Source: Geosiphon pyriformis uo1 (Eukaryota > Fungi > Glomeromycota). Taken from it: 46,877 bases of DNA. Below are positions 36,319 to 46,877 of the stretch, in pieces. The translations under genes were made by a program, and so were the position numbers. The stretch lies in NCBI GenBank assembly GCA_016748015.1, contig JAAOMT010000376.1, positions 165,104 to 211,980 of the forward strand. The letters run 5' to 3'. The notes below the pieces were generated by a model. The model worked only from the letters and a program-made list of their open reading frames with translations. It searched no databases and was not told the DNA's origin. Position 1 is the stretch's first letter, and every line of letters starts with the position of its first letter.

Positions 36319-37140
36319 TATTACAAGTAATTACTTGGAATTTTAAATCAAATAACAAATCTGTAACTTGGTGCTCAATTGATAGATTGATGTTGATAAT
36401 TTCTGAAAGTAGGATTTCTGAAGATTTGGATTGAGTCTTTTGTATAATAAACAGAGATTTAATTGATCATTTTATTCATAGCTTCCCAAAATTGCAGTTT
36501 TGTCAATTTTTTTCTCAGTATGATGGCCAGTAATTCTCCTAGTAAGATATCCTTAATTCTGAGTGTCTATTTTTATTCCTGGATCTTTTACCAGTATTAT
36601 ATCTTGACATTAGTATTTCCATGTGTAAATTTTTTTAATTAAGTTAACAAAACAACAAAGAAAAGAAATAAGAAAAATAAGCCAAGGCAATTTGCATGTT
36701 AGTATCTCATCAATAATCATGATTAAGAGCTATTGTTCTAGTGTGATTAAGTATTGATTATTCTCAACATAAAGTGTTGATAGTAAAGAGTAGATTTGAG
36801 ATAGTGAATAATTATTTATTGATATTTGTGATGTGGAAGGTTGCTTAGATCAAATCTAAACTGAAAGATCTGTCTTTTCTGTTTCTAATGCTACTGCTAT
36901 ATATACCTAATTTATGTTCTATAAGATTGCTTATATTTCCGAATAATGTGCTATGATTTCTTAAGCAATGCTCACATTGTTGAGCAATATGTCCTAATTT
37001 TCTAATATCACTTTATATTGCTGAACAATATGCCATAATTTCTGATATTGCTCTATATTGTTAAGCAATGTGCTTACATGCTAATTACTATTTCCTTATT
37101 GATTTACTATTTTTTATATCTGTTTTTTTTATGAGTAACA
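36319..37140 (-). mobile_element. Solo LTR (family-A ends, different U3 repeat array)
   Basis: Ends ..ATGAGTAACA (37140) and TATTACA (36319). No PBS or PPT. Flanks GCAG / GTAG fit a 4-bp TSD with one C>T change. Confidence 0.8.
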
Positions 37141-37260
37141 GTAGTTAGTTTGATAACAAATAAGTTTAATATTTAAAAAATAGTAAAAAATGCAATAGAA
37201 AAAATAAAAAAACTTCTTTTAAAATTCTAAACTTTTTTTAAAATTTTGTTTTTAAACTAT

Positions 37261-38297
37261 TATTATTAATAAAATTTTAAATTATTAATTAATATGAAAT
37301 TATTTTTATAATTTTTATTATTTTAAATAACTATTTATTTTTTTATTAAATTATTAAATATTATTATTTAATTAATAATTTAATTTATATAATATATAAA
37401 TATAACTAATTATAATAATCAAATTATATTGTTATAAATAGATTTTTTGGGTGGATTAATTATTTTATAATTTAATATTTAAGTTGATTACTATTATAAT
37501 CTAAAAATTTTTTAAGATTTTAACAATAAAGTTTTTTTTATATAATAAATATTTAGTATATACTTTTTTTAGCTTAATAATTGGTTTATTCTAATATTTA
37601 CACTTTTTTAATAAGTAATTTTAATTCTAATAACTATATTTATATTTTTTTTTGCTATTTTTTATTAGACAATTTTTGATATTGTAATCTTAATGCTTTT
37701 TTTTAATCAATTAATAAAATAATAAAAAATAATAAAAAATAATAAAAAATAATAAAAAAATTTTTTTTTTTAAAATTTTAATTTGAAATAAATAATTAGT
37801 TACTATAAATTAATTTAAAAAACAATTTTTTTTTTTGAATTAATCATGTTCAAAAAACTCACAATTATAACTAATATTCTGAAATTAATTAATTATCAAT
37901 TTTAAAATTACTTAGTTATTTTTAAGTTTAAATTAAAAACAATTTTTTTTTTTCTTTTTAATTCTTTTTTTTATATTATTAAGTAATTTACAATTGAAAT
38001 TTTTTGTAAAAAAATTAATTTTTACAGCAAAATAACTACACATAATTTAAAAAGCTTATAAATAAACTTTTATATAAAAAAATTAATTTTTACTATAAAA
38101 TAATTATACAAAGTAATTAATATAAAATTGGTTATTTTATTATAAATTTAACAACAAACATAGTTTAAAATATAAAATAATACTTTAAAAATAAATTAAC
38201 TTAATAGAAATTTATTAATTTTTAATTAACAATAAAATTAATAGCAAAATTATATTAATAATATCAAAGAAAAAAAATTAAAAAATTTTTAATAATA
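37261..38297 (+). mobile_element. Hypermutated relic of a family-B LTR
   Basis: Ungapped blocks match LTR B with almost only C>T/G>A differences: 37291-37320 vs 9141-9170, 38001-38043 vs 9807-9849, 38281-38297 vs 10075-10091. Confidence 0.75.
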
Positions 38298-39339
38298 ATA
38301 TTAAAAACAGTTTTTTATTATCAATATTTAAAAAAACATTGCCAAAATGTTTTATTTAATTATTTATATAACAAAAAAAATTTTCTTGTTAAAATTTTAT
38401 TAAATATTATAAAAAAAATAATATTTAAAACTTTTTTACTCTTTGTTTTAATTGTAATTATAAAATTAGGAAAAAAAAAGTTTTTTTTTAAAAACTTATT
38501 TAAAACAATAAAATTTATTATTTATATTATAAAATTTTTGTTTTTTGGAATCTTTAAAGTTTTTCATTGTTTTGTAAAAATATCAATTTTTTAAATATTT
38601 ATTTTGTAATTATTAATATTATTTTATTTATTAATAAAACTTTTATTAATTCTAATTAAAGTCTTATTTTTTTTAAAAAAAACTTTGTAATAATATTAAT
38701 ATTTTAAGAAATATTAAAAAAATTGGTTTTTTAAATTTTAAAAAAAATTATTTTTCAACTGTTTTAATTTTTTTAACTATTTAAGTAATAATAATAAAAC
38801 AAAAAAAAACAATAATATAACTATTAGTTTGTAAATTAAAAATCTTATAAAAAAAATATAATATTAAAAATAATTTTAATGTGTTATTTTAAAAAAACTT
38901 TTAACCAAAAACAAAAAAAGTATTATTATTTAATAAAAATTATAAAATTAATTAACATTAAATTATTAATTAAATCATTTAAAATAAATAAAATAATTAA
39001 AGCATAATTAATTATATATAATTACTCAAAAACATTTATTAATAAATAAATAATCCAACAATATAAGAAGTGTTTATAATTTCTTGTAATAATGTTCAAA
39101 GACTGTTTGTTTCACAATAATTTTTTACAACTGAAAAAACTTTTGAAGTTGTAATACTTTTAGCTACTATAAAAGAAATAGTGGTTGCTTCTTTTTTATT
39201 TTTTGTTCAGAGTTTTTGCTAAATTTATATATTAAAATTATAATTTATTCTTTTATATAAAAACTAATACAATAAATAGATAATCTTTCTCTTAATTCTA
39301 TTTGTTCTAAAAAAATTTGTTGCAGAGCTCAAACCCCCA

Positions 39340-40144
39340 ATGGTTCGAATATACATTTCCACTAAAAACGTCTCTTCCTCTAATAAGCCCACTTTTATAG
39401 CCTCTGGCTTGAAATCTCCCTCAGTTCCATCAGAAGATGGCAACCCTGATTCGAACGAATTCTCGACAACAGCAACCACACCAAAAGGGGAGGTCGTATT
39501 AATCCAAATACAAGGTGAACTTGTAAATGTCCAAGAGAATTTACAAAAAAACACCACAGAATCAGAAGTTACCTTAGGCTTATTAAAATTTGAAGGAGAG
39601 GTGAGAGTTTTTCATCAATAATTTATTGTTGAAAAGACTCAATTGCCCCACTACAAACCGTCATGATTCCTCAATGTTTTCCAATTAGAATGGGGATATA
39701 CCTACACTCTATATTGGGTCATATCGCTTAGAAGGTCGGCTAGTTGATTTGGAGAACCCTTGGCTACTCGTTGCACCACCAATACAAGATGGCCATGAAT
39801 CATTAGAAAGTTGCACGTTTTCTCCAGACCAGAAAAGGGAACTTAACCTGACCAGGGGAAAAATGGATATTGATCACTATCAATCTCATAGCCATGAATT
39901 ATTAGAAACTTGCTCTTCCTCTATTTCCAGCTTCTATGGCCCCGATTTAACTATCCCAAATACTCACACCCCCACAAGTAAAATGGACATCGATCAAGAT
40001 ATTCCAAATAGCAAGATGTCATTAGATGCGAGTCCATTCTTTCTCTCAACCAACGCAAGCCAGAAAACAGCAGAGTGGTGTTTGCCAACAATAACAATAA
40101 TCAGGAAAAAATATCTATTCAAAACAAGACCGAACATTATGTAA
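39340..40144 (+). CDS. CTF8: Chromosome transmission fidelity protein 8 (Ctf18-RFC subunit); exons 39340-39600, 39689-40144
   Basis: Phase-0 GT-AG intron. LIQIQGEL...LGLL...PTLYIGSYRLEGRLVDLENP...IIRKKYLFKTRP matches the Ctf8 pattern. Confidence 0.8.
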
Positions 40145-40277
40145 AACGAAAAAAAACAAAAAGGTTCCAAATCCTTTTTCTCGTTTTTTACATTAAGCAA
40201 AAACGTAAAATAATTTGGTTAGATAACGGGGAAAATTATCCTGAAATATGCCATTGAAACCCCTTATTGAAATTTCA

Positions 40278-42278
40278 TTATATTACATTATTTGCCTTCA
40301 TTTTTTCGATTTCTTCTGCAGAATAATTAAGCAAATCAGATAAAACTTCATTGGTATGCTCCCCTAAAGTGGGTGGTGGTAATCTTATACTTGGAGTAGA
40401 TTGCAAATACTTAACAGGTATACCTTTAAAATCGAGAATCATTAAATCATTTTAGAAAAAATTTTATTTAACATTTATTAGACTATTCAACTCACCCGTT
40501 AGGTTGATAGTTCCAGCCGTTGGGTGCTCGACTTTTTCAATCATTTTTCTCGCAGGAATTTGTGGATGTTTGAAAGCCTGCTCGATATTATTTATTGGAG
40601 CAAAAGGTATTCCTTGATCCTTTAATAAATCCAACCATTCTTCGGTATCCGCTTCCTTGAACCTCGCTTCCAATAATTCAATCAACTCAACGCGATGCAC
40701 TATACGATCTTTATTTTTTTTGAATCTCTTATCTTCTATTAATTCAGCTTTTCCGATTGCATTGCATAAAATCTTGAATTGCCTATCATTACCCGCGCCG
40801 ATCATTATATAATTATTTTTGGTGGGCAAGACTTGATATGGAACGATAGATGGATGGGCAGTGCCCATACGCTTGGCTTCTTCCCCTGCGATCAAATAAT
40901 TACTTCCAATGTTTGCAAGCGAGGCTAGTTGACAATCAAAGAGGGAACAGTCTATCCGATCACCCTTATTTGTTCGTGTTCGTGCGAACAAGGCAGCCAT
41001 GATGGCTCCATGAGTATATAAGCCTATAATGTATCCCATTAACAAAGATAACCTTTAGAGTGTCAAAAAAATACTGCATGTTGCTAATAATCGGAGAATA
41101 CATCACCTGTTGTTAAATCTGAGGCAAAAAAGCTGAATTATTTATTTATCAAAGCATTAGAATTAATCAATATTCCTTTTACCTGTAATAGCTACGCCTA
41201 CTTTAACGGGGTTACCGTCTTCTTCACCTGTTATGTACATTAGGCCACCTTCAGCCTATTGTAAATAAATTTGCTTTTACTTTAAACTCTTCCCTCGATT
41301 GATTTTTCGGTCAATAAAACTTACTTCTATCATTACGTCATAACCAGCACGCTGAGCATAGGGCCCCGTATGCCCGTACCCTTCGGATTTAGTGATTAGC
41401 AAAAAACAATGACTTTTCTTTATTACCAGTTCATCAAAGATAAATATGCTAACCACTAATGGATGCGTAGATCAAATGCGGGTTTATTTTGCTCAACTCG
41501 TCCCACCCCAAGCCCATATTTTCCAACTTGCCGGGGATATAATTTTCAACCAGAACGTCACTAATTTTTACCAATTCTTTTATCAATTCTATTCCAGCAG
41601 GCGATTTTAAATTAATTGTTATTGATTTTTTGTTACGATTGATAGCCAGAAAATAAGCGCTTTCTGGGGTCGAGTCTTTATTAGAAAGCTTATTAGGTGC
41701 CCAGGGAGGACCCCATGCGCGAGTATCATCGCCGTGAATTGGGTTTTCGACTTTAATTACTTCAGCACTGGAAATAGAATATAAGATTAACGGTATTGTC
41801 GAGTTTGAGGTAATAATGTGTAAGCTTAAGCAAACCCAAGGTCGCCCAGAAGCATGGTACAGTAAGGACCAGCTATACATAAATCGGGTAGATTTTATGA
41901 AGTTTTCGAGGTTAAATATATAGAATTCTAGTTGGTGAATTAAAACATAAAATTTAATTTGATATTTTGTACTTAACCCAAAACTCGCGTGAGATCAACT
42001 ACACGGATCCCAGTCAAGGGACCCTTTGAAATGGGTTGTGGTTTAAATTGGTCATTTGTGGAGGCAACAGACTTGTGCTTTAACCCTTTTGGGAAGGCTT
42101 GCAACCCATCAAGAGAGACACGAGTTAATTTTGAAGAAGAGACGGGAAAAAAAGAACATTTATAAAATGCGGCCAGATTGATTCTTCTGAAAAACAAAGG
42201 CATTTTTCTTAGCCCTTGATGCTGTTTACTTGAACTATTGCTTCCTAAAATGGTCATCGCTGAATTATCTTTATGCAT
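40278..42278 (-). CDS. CoA-transferase family III (CaiB/BaiF; succinyl-CoA:glutarate CoA-transferase-like), multi-exon; start may be ATG 42203
   Basis: [81 protein letters not shown]. Confidence 0.92.
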
Positions 42279-42375
42279 ATTTGTTTGTATGGATCAACAG
42301 TTCAAGTTGGAATATATGTGTTACTGAAAAAGAATATGAAATTGATTAAGACAGGATTCTGCTATCAAATTTCAA

Positions 42376-45371
42376 ATGTCACGACGAAGTCGTTCACACT
42401 CGCCTACTCCTCAACGCACAAGCCATCGCCCGAGATCTAGAAGCCCTCATAGCTCAAGACCTCAGGGGCATAGTCCCGGTATTGGGTCTGAGCACTATTC
42501 AAAATCAAGAAATTTTGATTTAAACAGGCGTGGTGAGCGTCGTCGTTCTCGATCACCAAGTTGGTCAGAACATTCGAATCGTCAGCAAAAGCGAAGTTAT
42601 TCAACTGCATCTTCCTATGAATCCTCAGAAGAAGAGAGGAAAATTAACAAGAGGGCTAAAAAAGAGAAAAAGGAAAAGAGGCGAGAGAAAAAGGAAAAAA
42701 GAGTAGTTATTGATCAACTTGTCGCTGGTTTTTTTATTTGTTATGTTTAAAGAAATTTTAATCACAGCCTGTTAATTTAGGAACGAAAAGAGCGAATTAA
42801 ACATCAAGAGAAGCAATCGTTCATCGAATTGTCTGCCTATTCAGACACCAACAATCCTTTTAACGATTTAAACCTTGGCCAAAAATTCGATTGGACAAAG
42901 AAAAAGGAAAGAGATAAAAAGCTGGGTATTTCTCCAGAGGAGGCTTTACGGTTGGACCGGGAAAGAAAGGAAGAGACAAAGGTATATAGGATGATAGATC
43001 GTTTCTGAATTTAGCTACTCTGAACCAGGATTTACCAAAAACTTTGCCAAACAGCTCGAGCTGGAGAAATTAATCAAAAGAAGAGCTGAGCGAGAAATTG
43101 AACAACAATTGCGTGAGGAGGAACTTGTACGTATTTCAATGGTTAAATATTACGTGGGAATCGAGTATCAATTAGCCAGTAACAGTAAACCTGTCATTTA
43201 TCTTTGAATCAAAATTAGGCAAGAATGCAGCGCGAAGCTGAATCGGCGGCCATGGGAGACTGGGCAGCCAAGGAAGATGAGGTATAAAATTAGGAACTTT
43301 CTAATTATTCAATGGGTTATGTAAGCATATATAAAATCAAATTTTCGTACACGCCAGTTTCATCTTGAACAAGCAAAACGAAGGGCTGAAATTCGAATCA
43401 AGGAAAATCGCGCCAAACCGATTGATATTCTAGCCATTAATCTACGTTTAGCTGATGAAGCTGAAGATGTGGATGATTCGCTAGAAATAGATGTCGATGA
43501 GCCATACACTATTTTTGAAGTAAATAGTTTCGATTTTATTCTATTGAGTTTTGGTTCTTTTTGACATTTTTACTGACTTGCTCAATATATTCAGAATCTT
43601 AGCTTAGATGAAGTTGAAGAATTACACCAAGATATTCAACTATACCTCAACCTGGAAAAGAACCCTAATAATTTAGATTTTTGGAGGGTAACTTATTTAT
43701 TGATATATACTATAACTCTGTTTCATTATTAAAACCATTTTCCTTAAAATATCCTTTTCTAAAGGCAATGATTGTAGTATGTGATGATAAACTGTCAGAG
43801 CTCCGCTCTGAAGAAGAGGCCAGTGCTTCAGGAAATGTTATCGCTTCTATCAAAAGTGACCTTGATAGAATATTTGCCGGGAAAACCTACAACCAATTGA
43901 GGGATCTTCAAACCCGAATTCAAGAAAAACTAACTGGTGGTGAAGCTGTTGATGTGGAATATTGGGAACTTCAGCTGAAACTATCTACTGTTTGGAAAGC
44001 AAAGGTATTTCGTTTGGAACGTTTTAGGTTCTTTATATTTTGCTCATAATCACTCAATTATTTTGATCAATTACAAAAAAAAGGCAAAATTGAAAGCTAT
44101 GCATGAAATCGTATTGTGTAAGCGGCTCGAACAACTGCGACGAAAGCAGCGACAGGAAGCCATTAAAGTTCAAGAAGAATTGGAAACCGCGCTATCATCT
44201 CAAACTGCTCAAATGCTTGCGGAGAAAACAGATACGACATTAGGAGTCGAAGAAGAGATGGAGGAAGATTCGGACATGTTGATTGAGGAATATGACCGAT
44301 CTATGAGCCCTGAACTTTTATCTAATCTTTCTCGTGAAGACAAAATGCTGGATATTCGCAATCCAGACGATGATCTTTTGCACTTGGTATGCTTTAATTT
44401 CTTGAGAAATGGTTTATCGAGGCCTGATCTATTTTCAATTTTATTCACTGATAACGCACTATCAATTTTTCCTATTTCCAATCATTCATCACTATAAAAG
44501 CTATTATTTGGGATATTATCCTTAAGTAAATTACATAATGCATCGCTCAAATCTCTCTTGCTTTATTTTCCCATAGAAACAAAAACGAAGAGAAGTATTG
44601 CGAAATCAATTCATCCCTATGAAAGTCCAGAACAAAAGATCTGCCGCAGAAGAAGAACTAGAGGAGTCTTTGGTATGTAGATTACCCGAAATAGTTTAAT
44701 AGGTCTACAAATTTAGAATGGAATAACGAATGATTTTTCAATATTTGGTAATAGGTATCCAAAGTTCTGTATGAACGTGAAGCAGCCAAAGATCTGGACG
44801 AAGATGAAGCAATATTTAATATTGAAGAGGAATTAGCCAAAACGGTATGCATTAGGATTCAAACTATTTTTATTTTGTATATACTTGAATCAAACCTTTT
44901 TTAAACTTCTCTTTTTTAAAGACCTATCTTTGGCAAGATAAATATCGTCCGAGAAAGCCACGATACTTCAATCGTGTTCACACTGGATATGAATGGAACA
45001 AATATAACCAAACCCATTATGATAGTGACAATCCTCCTCCTAAAGTGGTTCAAGGATATAAGTTCAATATTTTTTTCCCTGATCTCATCGATAAAACGAA
45101 GGCTCCCACTTATAAAATTGAGCGAGAACCGGGAAATCATGATACCGTACTTATTCGATTTGTGGCTGGCCCCCCATATGAGGTATTTAATTTACTGAAT
45201 TTTCTTTGGTTCTGATATAAATTTTTAATGAAATACAAAATTTAGGATATTGCTTTCCGTATCGTTAACCGCGAGTGGGAATATTCTCATAAAAAGGGTT
45301 TTAAATCGAGCTTCGATCGAGGGGTTCTTCAGTTACATTTCCATTTCAAACGTCATTACTATAGACGTTAG
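42376..45371 (+). CDS. CACTIN: Cactin (spliceosome-associated), ~12 exons
   Basis: RS-rich N-terminus. FHLEQAKRRAEIRIKENRAKPID, DVEYWE, KYRPRKPRYFNRVHTGYEWNKYNQTHYD.DNPPPKVVQGYKFNIF, AGPPYEDIAF.IVNREW..., ending HYYRR-TAG. Confidence 0.95.
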
Positions 45372-45742
45372 TATTAACAGTTGTGATGTCCCGAAAAATA
45401 TTTTGGTGGCTATAAAGTTTAATGGATGGGCATCGGTCGCATATAGAAGGATGATCTGGCAGTATAGAGGTAGTCCTTTCATTTGGAAGAGAATAAGGTT
45501 TATTGACTTTATTTTTGGATGTATTATTCACAAATTCCGCAAAATGATCTAAACTAGCTCAGATGATAATATATTTGAACCCTTGATCCGTTTGCGACTT
45601 AGACCCCATACTTCAGAATTCTAAATTTCAATGAACAGGCGACCCATCAATGAACATAATAAAAATTTGATCAAATAGACTATTGAAACATTGTTAGAAT
45701 AGTTACTAGATATTTAAATTCACACTCCTAAAACACTAAGCA

Positions 45743-46430
45743 ATGGAAAATACTTCTGGCGGTCCATTTCCGGGCCCCTCGTCAAACAATCTTCCATTTC
45801 CAAAACTTTCTAGGTCTGCAACTGATCACGAACGGGTTTTAGATACCTTGGAAAATGAATTTAAAAGGATGGATAAGATGTTCGCTAAAGGCGAGACGCG
45901 AGTGTTTGGTATTGAAAATTCAAGTTATCTTTTTTCACTCCTTATATATTCAAATCTTTAATTTGGTACTTTTCCAATGAAATATAGGAAGAAATTCTGA
46001 TAATATATTTAAAGAGTTGGATTTAATTCGGAAAAAACAAATTGCTTTGGCAATTCAACATACTGCATTGGAGAACTCTCCAGAGAAAGAGGCGTAAATA
46101 AAATAATCCTTCATTTCAAATACTCGGAAAGGTTTATACAATTAGCAACAATAAAACATTAATCTTTTGTTTAGACCTTTTGGCGGAGAATCGCCCACTC
46201 TTACTACTAACGAAGCATTTAAACGAAATGCAGATCGATTCATTAAAAGTGAAAAAGAATTAAATTTTTTGATGGAAGATTTAAATGAACTAATTGAGAA
46301 GGTAAAAATATATCATACCAAGCTCTAATCGATATTAAAACTATTTTTGTAATTTGAGATATTTCCCTTTTTGTTTCAGCTTGAAGATTTTGGCCAATCT
46401 ATGAGCCAGCCGAGCAAAGTTTCAAAGTGA
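45743..46430 (+). CDS. Small 4-exon coiled-coil protein, possibly CCDC28-like
   Basis: Exons ~45743-45890/45908, 45988-46093, 46175-46301 and 46380-46430 splice into an open frame (..FKELDLIRKKQIALAIQHTALE..LMEDLNELIEKLEDF..). Confidence 0.55.
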
Positions 46431-46877
46431 TTGCCTTTCCTGCATTTTTCACCTTAAGTGTCATCCCCAATATAGAACTCTTATATGCGTTGAAATTTAT
46501 GTACGATGAAATTTACTTTTAGATTTTAATATATTGATTAACGGTTATAATAATATTTATTAAATATGTATTTTTACTTAAAAATTCTTGATATTTAACT
46601 ATTTAAAATTAATAATATATATTAAGTTTTACAAAATTAACAATTGAAAAATTAAAATTTATCAACTTTTTTTCTTTAATTAATGCTTAATTTTTAAATT
46701 TAATGTTTATTTAATTTGTTAATTAATAATTTAAATAACTAATATCGAATTGAATTGAATTGAATATTAATTTTTAACTTTTGTTTACATAAGAGTAAAG
46801 AAAATTGTTGTTTTATAATATTTTTTAAAACTTAAAATTAATTAAAACTTGATAAGTTAATAATTAAATAATTTTAA

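Noticed and set aside
44974-45552. ORF-track proteins at 44974-45198 and 45250-45552, and antisense ORFs over gag/pol
   Set aside because: They are alternative-frame or antisense shadows of cactin exons and TE coding sequence.
45891-45987. GC-AG intron in the last gene
   Set aside because: A canonical GT donor at 45909 gives the same phase, so a GC donor is not required.

Overview
AT-rich, intron-containing fungal genomic DNA. Gene style and TE protein families suggest Glomeromycotina, Geosiphon-like; this is from recall and unverified. Host genes flank a ~34-kb transposon block. On the left is a 4-exon RNA polymerase III subunit RPC4 gene. On the right are CTF8, a family-III CoA-transferase, cactin and a small coiled-coil gene. 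The block (~4.7-38.3 kb) holds an RNase H-bearing LINE relic and a nested stack of Ty3/gypsy-type LTR elements. Element A (+, 6270-26578) contains element C (-, 7249-19313), which contains element B (+, 9111-~13117). These are followed by D (-), E (+), a solo LTR and an almost completely C/G-stripped LTR relic. All copies are pseudogenised by C>T/G>A transitions. Comparing the copies shows an unusual architecture: a putative GUG-initiated Met-free Gag extension, then capsid, Zn knuckle, protease, a conserved Cys-rich domain, dUTPase, RT and RNase H in one frame. A conserved stop follows, then a separate ATG-initiated integrase ORF, then a third non-env ORF abutting the PPT. A U5 hairpin can sequester the tRNA primer-binding site. 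The mutation pattern looks RIP-like, in a lineage where I do not know RIP to be established.
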